Part shown: positions 1 to 11,134 of the stretch, in pieces
How the letters are laid out: each line of letters begins with the position of its first letter
Position numbering within the stretch: the stretch's first letter is position 1
Source: Mizuhopecten yessoensis
Taxonomy: Eukaryota
DNA length: 64,000 nt
Assembly (NCBI RefSeq): GCF_002113885.1
Contig: NW_018406415.1
Span: 1,069,735-1,133,734 of the forward strand
Direction of reading: 5' to 3'
Program-made: the position numbers and the translations under genes
The notes under the pieces: model-generated
What the model saw: only the letters and a program-made list of their open reading frames with translations
Told to the model about the DNA's origin: nothing
The model's database searches: none

Positions 1-2817
1 CACGTGTCACGAATAGCTTGTCGAGCTCTTTTGTTTTTTGGTGCTGATTTGATAACAAACAACAATTTTGTACTGTTTGTACACGTCACTTCCGGTTTTG
101 TGATAAACATATATGGATACACATTGATCATTTTGGGCGTTGTATACTGCGATCCTTCTCGATGATTCCTCACAAATTTCCTCATGTCGATATTCAGTGG
201 ATATGAAGTATAGTTTGGGTTATTATAAAATGGTATCGCCACTTTCACCTGTTGCTCGATCTGTAGTTCCGATCGCCATCTTGGGTTTTCTAACGAGTAC
301 AAGGTCGAATTGAACCCTGATAACGCCTCTGCGGCTATACATCCATTTGGCTGAACACTTGGTCCAATATTTAAATAAAACATCGTTAAAATGAGAACAG
401 ATACAACGGAAAGTAACGACAATGCCATTAGAATTTGCTTCGGAAAACTCATCATCATGTGGTCAAAAGGCCTAGGTCTGCCTGAAAACGCCCCTCCCTG
501 CCAACATGGCGTTCGGTCAAAGATCTGTTAACAGGGAGCTGATAATGATAACCGATGGCCCTGGTAAGCCACACTGGAGATAAGTGACTGATAAGACTCG
601 AGGTCGTTAGTATCGCTTGCTAAAGCACGGTTCTTGCAAATTATAAATCCCTATATTTATCTATCGTTCAGTTTATCGTACTGGCTCGTGACAAATGTGA
701 GTTTGAATGAATAGTTTATAACGTTAAGGAATTTATTTGCATATTTTTTTTTTCATCATACTTCTAGCAGGTGTTTCGATACATGTGCTAACCATGCTTT
801 GAATGTGATAATGTTATGTTACAATCTTAACAGGAGGGGGCAAATATACAGCGAGCCAATCTCCCAAAACTAACAAGGCGTACACATTCATGCATCTGCT
901 CTTTATCATAAACGCATGGGTCGTACAATATTACGTCCTATCTTCATTAACGCTGTATGTATTGGAAACACATTTTATTTTTGAAAATCCATTTTGCTCT
1001 GACTCGTGTCACTTACTTTGTGGATTAACGCTGTGCATACCAGATTTTCGTTTTATATTCATGTGGGTAACCCGACAAAAAATTGTTATAAATATAAAGC
1101 TAATAATAGGCAAACGTATATTAAATGTACATATTGCATCTCTTGCACCAAAACTAACATTTTATATCAATATGAGGACGTCGGTGACTCGGGAAATTAC
1201 CAGGAAGAATCGCAGCATACCATCAAAACCGGAAGTTAAATGTACAAACAGTCGAACCAAACAACAAGATAATTCTGTCAAATATATTGTTTTGATGGCG
1301 TGTTTTTTGGCCATTGTTTCCAAAAAGCTGGCCATTGCGACGATAAACAACACATTGTTTGATATAGGGCCGTGGCTAACGCGTATTTGTTTAACGAACA
1401 TATTTTCCCAGTAATATTTTGTAGATTTGTGAGAGAACCGGAAATGAGATTTTGTCTGTGGATATAAAGGCAAAATCGGATCATGAAACCATGAATGAGA
1501 CTTTCTGCACACAGTTCAACACAGCGTGGAATATGTTTGAACGGAACTTTGTTATATATCTTAAAACATATTAAAAAGATGCATTTCAATCCTTATTTTT
1601 GCGTTTAAAACAACTAAGAACATTCTATTTTATCTTGCGGTGAGTTGTTTTTTCTAAATTGTGGAAACACCGTTTTCGTGAGAACGAGGTTTTTAGTTCA
1701 ATGGTACAAGTTCCGTCGGGTATTAAACATCGTGCGGATTCCACTCGGGAATGTCCGTCAGAATGAAACGTCATGATTGATTCCCGATCAATCTAACAGT
1801 ATGACGGAAAGACTTGAAAAGTTACCGACTGGAAAGAATTCACGTGCAATAGTGAAAATTATGTCATTTTTAGATAAGTCATTGGCACAGCTATTCAACC
1901 GTAAAATCGTTTTCATTTTAATTACTGACCTGTTGGATCATGAAAGTTGTTTTGTTTAGGACATCTCTTTTGATGGCCATGAAAGTCATTGTAAACTGAT
2001 CGTTTGCAATTCGTTTTGAATCTGAATTTAAAATATCAAAACGCAAATGTACACAAGCAGTTTTTGAAAATGCTTTATAATATAATTCGTCAATTTGAAG
2101 TGTTAAAATATGAATTAGAATCTGTAATTGTTTTTGAAAATGCTACGTAATATGTTTTTTGAAGTTGAAGTGTTAATATACATGAATTAGTATCTGTAAT
2201 TGTTTAACCTTTGGTCTCTGGCAAACACCCTGTACACTAACCCCTCCACACTCCCCTACACCTCCCTACCCTCCTGATATATAATGTATGGTATAGGCTC
2301 ACAACGATTCAGCATTGGTATTTATCTGATGAAAATAGTACTAAAACTTCTATGTCTCTTTTATCTTTGTCTTTCTTTTTCTCAGTCAGCCACACTATCC
2401 CACATCCTCTTTTCAGTTAATTCCAGTCAATTTATTGTAGATTGGCTTTTCTATGTGTATGACATGCAAGTTATATTTGTGAACCAAATTTGGCATTAAT
2501 GATAAACTGATTATTAAAAAAAAAAAAAAATACGTGCGAAATTTTGGTGAGATACATCTGGAAATGTAATACGAGAGGAAACCGGAGTACGCGGAGATAA
2601 CCCGTGTAGTCGTGACTCAAAGCCTTTTCACGTCCGATCAGGGATATGTTCAAATCAACATAAGTCGAAAATGACAAAGTTTGCGATGGGCCATAACACA
2701 ACACAACCAAGTAATTGGTAAGTGCAGAATGTAAAATACATCAAACTTTTTCAATACACAGGGATCTGAGAATTTGTTACAGCTATATTTGGACCTAAAC
2801 GAAGGTGCTCAGAGTAA

Positions 2818-4983
2818 TTATGTGTCCCAAACAAAGTTTGGGGACATATTGTTTCTATTCCGTTTCTTGTTTGTTTTTTTTTTTTTTTATTATTATTGTT
2901 CTTATTTCTTCCACTTTCTTCCGCCGACGAGGTTTCCGACATGTTTCTCGAAAACCGTATGGCGAAATTCAACGAAACTTTACATGAGTGTTCGTGTATG
3001 ACAAGCGGTGCGCAAGAGTATTTTCGTTTTTCGATCGGTCATCCGACTGGTCAGCTGGACAGTGGCCGCTGATTGGTCGAAATTTAGACATTGTCCGGTT
3101 TTGATGAAATTTGGTATATAGGTGTAGTATGGCACTACCAAAACAACTGCGGTGTTTGTTTTGTGGTTAAAAAAATGGCTGCCATTTCCTGACCTCTGAG
3201 AGGTCGAAATTTAAATATTGTCGGATTTCGATCAAATTTGGTATGCTCGGCCTCCATTTCTTGTCCTTTGATTGGTCGAAATTTGAATATTGTCCAATTT
3301 TGATCAAATTTGATCACTCGGCCCCCATTTCCTGGCCTCTGATTGGTCGAAATTTAAATATTGTAAAATTTTGATCTAGTTTAGTATGTAGGTGAATCAT
3401 AGGACAATGATCACTTCCATAGCTTAGATTTCACATTTCAACAAAATGGCCGCCGTTTTTTCCTCTGATTGGTCAAAAGTTAAATACTGTCTGATTTGAA
3501 TTAAATTTGGTGCATAGGTGTAGTAAGGCACTACGAATACAACTGCGGTGTTTGTTTTGTGATTGTACAAAATAGCTGCCAATTATTGGCCTCTGATTGG
3601 TCGAAATTTAGATATTGTTCGATTTTTATGAAAATTGGTATATAAGGGGACTGCGAATAAAACGGCATATAATTTGTTACTATAGCAACCACACAGAGGA
3701 TTCTGGTTGGTCAAAATTTAGATATTGTTCGATTTTGATGACAATTGGTATATAGGGGTATTAGGGGACTGCGAATTCAATCGCATAGGTTTCGTTACCA
3801 TAGCAACCACATAGACATTTCTGATTGGTCGCAATTCAGATATTGTGCGATGACACTTAAAGAGGTATGGCGGAAAACTGCCCGTATTTCCCTAAGTCGC
3901 CTTCTATGAAAACGGGGAAAAAATTAAGGAGAAAAACATTTCGTGTAGCAAAAATGCATACAAAAGATACAAAACCAATTGAATATGAATTTTTAAACTG
4001 CTGAGAAATTAGGTATTGCTAATATGATACTGCAAATATAGCCATATACACTATATTTATGAGAGTGATGGGGTTTCCCGGACTTAAAAAAATATTTTCA
4101 ACACTTTCCCATCCGAGGACCAACTTTTGAATAAACTTTTTGTGACCGTAATGTAATATGCAAAAACAAATCGTATTACGGAAAAGTGGTCCTCCTTTGG
4201 GAAAGTGCTCAAAATAATGAAAATCAGGGGTGATCAAGTTTCTCTAAATTGCGACCGGTGTTTCTCGGGTTAAATAAGTTTGTAATTGCCTATATCTATA
4301 TGTTCTATGTAGCCGAATGTATAACGTAGTTTACTTGCGACTAGAAAGTATACGGTGCAGGTTCGAATCCTCCTTCAGTGTTTTTTTTTTTAAATATTTA
4401 GGCATGTGATCATTTTCCTTAATAAGGCAATGGTGTTTTTTAAAATCGATGGAAGATTTTGTTTACATTTTAATAACATACCTATTGATTTATCAGTTTT
4501 GTTAGTAACAATTTCTTTACTATTTAGTGCGACATACTTCTATCGAAGCATGTCAACAAATCCCTGTTCACGTGTACAGTACAGCTACGCTTTGTAGGTA
4601 AGACACTATTTTTGATGAAATTTATGAATTGTTTTACCCTCCAACTGGCAATAGTAATTATATCAAGTGCTTAAACACCAACAAATATTGCCGAAATACC
4701 AAATATGTGGTCTGTTTACAATAATCTATTCTTTGACGCGGGATTCCGATATTGCTACCTGTATAAAAAATACCCGAGGACGCGTCATAACAGTGCACTG
4801 TTGGATGCGCGCACTAGCGTGACATAGCTTTGGGGAAATAGGCATAGCAACCCGCCATATCTCTTTAGTATGTATATTGTAAGTGTAGTATGGCATTGCG
4901 AACCTTTTCTGATGTATCTTTGCGACTATGGGGGCATTTTGGGGGACATCTGTAATGGTCCCCCATTACAATTAGTACTTGTT
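2818..4983 (+). mobile_element. HINE / Helentron-like non-autonomous element with internal tandem repeats
   Basis: 5' hairpin tgtcccaaacaaagtttggggaca, a T/tta microsatellite, and degenerate internal repeats (ctgattggtcgaaatttagatattgt...). 3' subterminal ggggacat plus hairpin tgtaatgg...ccattaca, ending in cttgtt. Inserted at a T-rich site without a TSD. Confidence 0.7.
3861..4864. mobile_element. Kolobok-like non-autonomous DNA transposon nested in the HINE
   Basis: TIRs agaggtatggcgg / ccgccatatctct, flanked by TTAA (3857-3860) and TTAG (4865-4868). RR termini with a TTAA target fit Kolobok. Confidence 0.6.
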
Positions 4984-5311
4984 TTACATGTTTTAGGGGT
5001 TAAGATCGACTTTCGGTAAAAATGACACCCCATTGATCATATATACGAGAAAGGAGGAAAACTCTCGTTGTCGAAAAGTCGACCCCACAAAACAACATTT
5101 CTAGTTAATCTACGGAAAAATGCTTAGTACCCGTTGGAAAGATGGATAATTTTTAAAAACCTCCTATATGCACGTAAAATGTATTCTCCTTCCGCGGACA
5201 TGATCTCCGTTTCCTCCAAAAACACACGCCATTTCAGAGTTTCAAAGTTTTTCGCAGTCATCGTGCCACATTTTTGTATATTTATGAGGTTGACGTCAGC
5301 CTGGTTTAGCG

Positions 5312-5852
5312 AAACAAGATGCCCAATGGGCCTGAATCGCTCACCTGGTATTACTTTCACACGTGTAATCTTAAAAGTGGAGTAAAATACAGTTACAGGC
5401 AGAATATAAGTGTTTGATTCATAAGAACCTATTAAAAAAATATAAACATATGACGCCTGTGACCTAGAATGTCGAACAAGAACATTAGGTTGAACAAAGC
5501 TTATAGTCTTCCAACCCAGCATGCTTCTGGGATTATATCAGTACCCTGGACCTTTTGGTTATACAGAACAAGTCATTTAAAGATTTAAACATATTTGACC
5601 CCTGTGACCTTGAATATATGTCAAGGTCATTCATTTGAACAAACTTGGTAGTCCTTCATCCAGAATGTTACTGGCCAAATATCGTGATTCTAGGCCTCTT
5701 CGTTATTCAGAAGAAGTTGTTTCTAATTTTTAACATATTTGACCCCTGTGACCTTGAAAAAGGGTGAAGGTCATTTATTTGAACAAACTTTGTAGCCCTT
5801 CATTCCAGTTTGCTTCTGGCCAAATAGCATCATCCTAGGCCTCTTGGTTATT
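5312..5852 (-). mobile_element. HINE-like fragment with ~140-bp bivalve-type satellite monomers
   Basis: Terminus aacaagatgcccaatgggcctgaatcgctcacctgg (hairpin; an inverted copy lies at ~49830-49893), followed by 3 degenerate monomers containing gacccctgtgaccttgaa...ggtcattcatttgaacaaact. Confidence 0.65.
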
Positions 5853-6139
5853 GAATGCCGCGCGGCAGTGGCTATTGACACCTGGGCACTAGGGTGGTAA
5901 TACCATTCCATATAAACACATATGCAAAAGATACGAGGAAGGAATATCTTTAAAATATGTTTAATTCACTAAAGCTAAAAACTGTTGTTTCGAAATAAAT
6001 AAGTCATGTTTATCTCAGCAGCCAGCACTGTCGATTTATAACACAGAGCAGCCTTCTGGTAAAAAAAAAAAATCCTTGGTCAAAGGTTGACACACCCTTT
6101 TTAACTTTTGAAGTCAGAATTAGAGTGGCCCAAAATTAC

Positions 6140-6545
6140 ATTGAATATTTTAATTTATTAAAAAAATACTTGTATATGCATTCCTGAAGTATCCATGTTT
6201 TCACTATAAACGAGAAAAATGTAAGAAAATGCTTCAAAAAGAATGATTTCATGTATTTTCATTGGATATTTTACAATGATACAAGTCAAGCCAGATTATC
6301 TGAGTGAGAACTTGAAGGTGTTTTGAATGGTGTACAAGTAAAATCTCACTTGCTTTACATGCTTTTTTCCAACTTCAGTCAGCCTTGTTGACTTTGTGCT
6401 TAGTTATGATTTATTCAATGGAAATATATAGCATTAATCTGGAGATTTGACACATTTTCTTACATTGTTCTCGATAAAAGTGAATACACGGGTACTTCAG
6501 GAATGCATGTATAGGTAATTTTTTTCATTAATTTCATTATTCATT
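6140..6545. mobile_element. Foldback/MITE with ~90-bp imperfect inverted arms (unit A only)
   Basis: tatatgcattcctgaagtatccatgttttcact...aatgtaagaaaatg (~6170-6231) is inverted at cattttcttacatt...agtgaatacacgggtacttcaggaatgcatgtata (~6452-6512). Confidence 0.55.
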
Positions 6546-7179
6546 GAAATGTTTAATGGCGTTGACATAACGTCCGGAAACGAAAGTAAAAACACTGCCC
6601 TCTGGTGATGGTAATTTTAAAGTACTGTGTTTGACCAGACTCTTGAATTACAAGTGATCAATCGTCTGGTTAAACGAGACTACCATAAAACGCGTCTATT
6701 CGTATGGATCGAATTTACCACATATTTAAAAGGTGTAATGTATAAAGTATCAGCAGCTTAACATAATGCAATCAAATATCAAATCGTTAATCAAAGGTTT
6801 ATTCCTTAACAGTTCCGAAAAATTCTATAGAATGTTGCGTTATAATAATTGTCTCTTTAATCATTCTTATTTTTATTGTGAAAATATTTCAATATCTGTT
6901 GCAGTATCGTCGATTAAAAGTATGTTATAATTTTTTGTAAATTGATACAGACTTGAACCACACAGTACCCGAACCCTATAAATACACGTATTCATTGTTA
7001 GAACTGGCAAGTGCGTGCATGTTACCCGCACTGGCTATTCTTGTACAGTCAAAAGAAATCTGATTGCATAAAATAGAATGACATATTGAACACAGTCGAA
7101 GGGTACAACAGGACACATACACTGGGGGTTTAACCTGATTGGAATCCACGCCTACATCGCAGAGGACAAAACGTTTAAG

Positions 7180-7193
7180 ACAGGAAGTGACGT
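7180..7193 (+). promoter_or_regulatory. ETS + CRE half-site composite (caggaagtgacg) ~110 bp upstream of the GT31 ATG
   Basis: Motif read directly; conserved in the paralog at ~23347-23358. Confidence 0.35.
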
Positions 7194-7298
7194 CTGTGGT
7201 GTACAGTTATAAGGAAATGCGATGTTGCAAATGAAAGAACAATACGACGTTCTTTCGTCTTAATTTAAGCAACAGTATACAATAAAAAAAAATATCAA

Positions 7299-8489
7299 AT
7301 GGCTATCTCCGGTCGAAGAATTGTGACATTTGGACTGATCATGACAGCTGTGTATATTTTGATTAACGTCTGTGGTGTGTCAAAGCGTGTTAAAGACCCA
7401 TCCGACCCAAGATGCATTGCGAAAGGAAGTGCAACATTTGAGGAATTAGATTCAATGCAACATTTCTCACTTGATTATCCATCAGGATACATTTACTCGA
7501 AAGAAAATACAAAATGGCTTGAAATCTTGGAAAAAAGTTTGTACCAGCCCGGAAAAGAAAGTTTAAATGTGTTTAACGAAACCTACCCTTTAAACATGAA
7601 CATGCGAGAGCTGGTGAATACGTACAAGAATGGAGGATACGTGAGCCCCCTCAAGGTAAACGAGTATCCGTTCCGTTTTTTATGGAACCCCACCAAAGTG
7701 TGTGAAAACGGACAAAAAGTCTTTCTTTTATTTATCATCAAATCCGCCATACGCCATTTTGACAGACGACAAGCAATTCGCCAGACTTGGGCCAATCAGG
7801 AGCTTTATAATAGATTTGGAATTCGACGGCTATTTCTGACAGGTATAATGCGTGGACAGACTCGGTTTCACGAGTCTCTAAGGGATGAGATAATTTACTA
7901 CGGTGATACTCTTCAAATTGATTTCGTTGATATGTATTATAATAACACATGGAAAACACGTGGGGGAATTAAATGGGCGGTCAACGAGTGCAAACAAGCG
8001 GAGTATGTCATGTTGGTAGATGATGATTTCTATGTTGCTTCAGATCTCCTTGTCCAACTGTTACACACGGCCGGCAGATCACGGGATTTCTACATGGGAT
8101 GGATGAACGGGAATCCGTTCCCAGTCCGCAATATGCGAGATAAATGGTTTGTCTCCAAACGGGATTTTCCATACCCAGTGTATCCCGATTTTATCAACGC
8201 TGGAGCAATTGTAATGTCGATGGATTTCGTTGTGGACCTCCATATTGCTAGTCAGTACACGAATCACTTTAAGTTTGATGATGTTTTCGTTGGAATAGTG
8301 GCTTCCAAGCTCAAGGTCACACCTGTCTCGTGCAATATCTTTACTATGGTCAAAATCTTATTCACGGCCGACCGTTTCTGGAAAACGCTTGTATCACATG
8401 AATACAAACCGAAAGAACTGTTGCAAGCATGGAAATGTCACGTGCTTATTAGTAAACATGGATTGGACAGTAGCATCGATACGTCCTAG
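7299..8489 (+). CDS. brn: Beta-1,3-glycosyltransferase, GT31 family, brainiac/BRE-5-like (copy A); single exon, type II membrane protein
   Basis: 396 aa. N-terminal TM anchor (IVTFGLIMTAVYILINV), IKSA..HFDRRQAIRQTW, DTLQIDFVDMYYNNTWK, LVDDDFYV (DxD), P.R...KWFVS, YPDFINAGA and FKFDDVFVGIVA. The last two are brainiac-type rather than the YCSG/EDVY form of B3GALT1. The symbol indicates family, not proven orthology. Confidence 0.9.
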   Translation: MAISGRRIVTFGLIMTAVYILINVCGVSKRVKDPSDPRCIAKGSATFEELDSMQHFSLDYPSGYIYSKENTKWLEILEKSLYQPGKESLNVFNETYPLNMNMRELVNTYKNGGYVSPLKVNEYPFRFLWNPTKVCENGQKVFLLFIIKSAIRHFDRRQAIRQTWANQELYNRFGIRRLFLTGIMRGQTRFHESLRDEIIYYGDTLQIDFVDMYYNNTWKTRGGIKWAVNECKQAEYVMLVDDDFYVASDLLVQLLHTAGRSRDFYMGWMNGNPFPVRNMRDKWFVSKRDFPYPVYPDFINAGAIVMSMDFVVDLHIASQYTNHFKFDDVFVGIVASKLKVTPVSCNIFTMVKILFTADRFWKTLVSHEYKPKELLQAWKCHVLISKHGLDSSIDTS

Positions 8490-8817
8490 TTTAGTGTTCA
8501 AATACTATATTGCTGTTAATTCTGGTTTTCAGTGGGGACTTTAAGATACGGAATCCGACAATCCAGTTCACTTGCGTTCCGGATCCGACATGTTATATAA
8601 ATTGATTCTAAAGGACAAACATTTCACCAATTATACGATAAAGACACCTGATTACGTATACATAGGTAACACAAGTTATCTATGTGTTCGTTAACATTCA
8701 ATGTAGAGATTGTATACAGTAAGTAGATTTAAATTGCTGAAACGTAAGCCTGTGCACAATAGGATATAATATCATGTGTGTGACGAATACGTAACGAAAT
8801 ATAAAACCCTGTATCAG

Positions 8818-8956
8818 GAACCTACGTGGGGCAATCACCAGATACTGGCCGTTGCTAGGTCGGTGTTTTTTCTCTGAGAACTCAGGCTTTTCTCCACCAC
8901 CAAAACCTGGCACGTTCTGAATTCACCATAGCTGTTAATAGGACGTAAAACACAAA
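8818..8956 (+). mobile_element. 5'-truncated tRNA-derived SINE (V-domain-like core)
   Basis: cctacgtggggca...ctccaccaccaaaacctggcacgt...ctgttaataggacgtaaaacac; same family as 55924-56146. Confidence 0.7.
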
Positions 8957-8989
8957 GAAAACTTAGTTGATAGTTTTTTTTGGTATAAA

Positions 8990-9105
8990 AGTGATTGTAA
9001 GCCTTTATTTTTGTTTCACAATTGTAACTAATACTATTATTCATATGTTGTAAAGCGCTTTAGAGTTATTTTACAAATTATATAGGGCGCTATGTAAATG
9101 TTGTA

Positions 9106-9134
<29 letters not shown>
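8990..9134 (+). mobile_element. L2-type LINE 3' tail remnant with (tat)n
   Basis: tgtaaagcgctttagag...gggcgctatgtaaatgttgtata(tta)n. An inverted relative lies at ~37323-37400. Confidence 0.5.
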
Positions 9135-9142
<8 letters not shown>

Positions 9143-10019
9143 CTAACGTTCCTTAACTAAAATATTCTTTCACTAAGTTTTTTTCCTCATTGGAATGCAT
9201 TATTGGAGTTAACGAAAAATCTAAAGACAAGACACTCATGCTACCAGAATTGGCTTGGATGTCCAGCCCCAACCATGGAGGCTTACTCCATTGGTCTGAT
9301 ATGAAATATTTTTGATTCCATCGTATAACCATATGTATATGATTTTTATGCATGAAGAGACGAATACTTTAATGCTTCCAGGATTGGCTCGGTGGTCCAG
9401 ACCTGACCCTGGGGATTATTCCTGGGTCATAACATGGAAATGGTTTTGATACCCACCTCATAACCATATAAGTCAATATCTGACCAAAGTGCCCTTACGA
9501 CGTCGCAAATGAAAATGGAGAAAAAAGGAAATTCCGCAATTGCGCCATTCTGAATAGCTTCATATTTGTCTTAAAAACTTCCAAACTTTCATACACCACT
9601 GTGACGTCCAATAGTAACACAAAGCAATATGTTTTGCCACTGATGTATTCCGTATTTCTTTCTCTTTAAAACAACATCAAAATTACAAAATCGAATGTTA
9701 TATAACCTGAGGACCCCATTGTCAGATCTTGACTAACACACTGCTGGACATGAGTAAGCGAATGTACTATGTGTATACCTATCGTCTACCATGAATGTCT
9801 GTGGTGTTTTTTCCGCCCTGGGGATTTCGTACTTGTCACAGATTGTATTCTTGTACTCTTTTGGTAAACGTGTATGATATTTAACAGAATGTCGGCCTCT
9901 TTTATGAAGAGCATGGTTGTACAACCAGGTGTGACAAAAAGTGTGCGTGCATAGTTATATATATGCATTTGTTTACGACACCCTTCAAGCGCCAAATCAT
10001 CTTTCCGACTACACAGAAC

Positions 10020-10235
10020 CACAGGGACATGAGTATTTGTTACAGCTACATTTAGGCCTAAACTAAGGTGTTCAGAGTATCTTAACATGTTTTACATGTT
10101 TTATACACGGTTTATATGATCATTGGGGTGTCCTTTTTACCAAAAGCCGATCTTAACCTCTAAAACATGTAAAGTTACTCTGAACACCTTAGTTTAGGTC
10201 AAAATGTAGCTGTAACAAATTCTCAGGTCCCTGTG
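10020..10235. mobile_element. 216-bp MITE with ~70-bp TIRs and 8-bp TSD (hAT- or P-type)
   Basis: TIR cacagggacatgagtatttgttacagctacatt... / ...aatgtagctgtaacaaattctcaggtccctgtg. TSD cacagaac at 10012-10019 and 10236-10243. Confidence 0.85.
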
Positions 10236-10734
10236 CACAGAACGACACGGTTTGCCATCTTAATTCTTCTTTCGAACATTTCTTCTACCCAGCGATTGAA
10301 AATATTCTTCCTGAAGACTCTCTGAATTACTCTAATGTCCATGGCTACGTGGTAACACTGAAATAGTGTTTGGTATATATGTAGTAATTTATTTCATTTT
10401 GACAGTGTTATATATGCAATGTAATGAACACCTACTTTGAGTGTCAACTGTTTGACAATGAAAGGCGTATTATGTTTCGAAATTTGAATGCCTTTTGTAT
10501 AGAGTTAAATTTAGATCTTATTTTATTTGGCAGATCAGATCTTTCAAAGCTTTTGTGTTGTGCATAATTATCTACTTCATGTTTAGGCCCGTTATTAGTG
10601 TAACAATGTGAAACTATTGATGTTTTTATTAAAGGCTTTCATAAAAAGATTTTTAAATTAAATTAATTGTTGCGCTGCGTAGATCGTGCTGTTTGCGTAC
10701 ACATGTGCTGTGTATCTGCTACAAAGGACACCTA

Positions 10735-11022
10735 AAAATATTCATTCTTTCCACACACAATAACACAATGGAATCTCCTACCCATAGCAGCAGTACAATA
10801 CACAACACTAGAGGACTTCAAGGCACACTTACCGTATGCAGCCCTTGAAGCCCTCGTCACACTCTAAAACTTACCCAGCTTTTATCTTTTATCTATACCT
10901 TGCACAAAAAATCACAAAAAAAGCACTAATCACTGTAAATAACCCCTTTTCACGCCTCTGCAATAGGACCCCGAGGGCATAAACGTCACAATTGACGGAG
11001 CCCCCGTAACATAAAGAAGAAG
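10735..11022 (+). mobile_element. CR1-type LINE 3'-end fragment
   Basis: Translates to SFFPHTITQWNLLP...TLEDFKAHL, the typical CR1 ORF2 C-terminus, followed by a 3' UTR ending in gaagaag. Confidence 0.6.
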
Positions 11023-11134
11023 TACGATCACTGTGCCGTTTACCTGTGTTGTTTTTGTACACTGTTGTCACTTGTCTTACTTTGTTACCTCCATATAAGG
11101 TAATTGTTCTAAATATAGGTGTTACCTCGTTTTG

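Larger units (their letters stand above)
2757..5050. mobile_element. TIR-type non-autonomous element (CACAGGG-terminal family), split by a HINE insertion; distal end not defined
   Basis: 2757-2819 (cacagggatctgagaatttgttacagcta...cagagtaatt) and 4984-5045 (ttacatgttttaggggttaagatcg...gacaccccattgatcatata) join into one sequence matching the reverse complement of the right arm of the MITE at 10020-10235. Confidence 0.7.

Noticed and set aside
890-1414. 174-aa ORF
   Set aside because: No recognisable domain; it overlaps repeat-like sequence with an inverted relative at the window start.
7583-8267. Antisense ORFs conserved in both duplicates
   Set aside because: Shadows of the GT31 coding strand; their conservation follows from the duplication.
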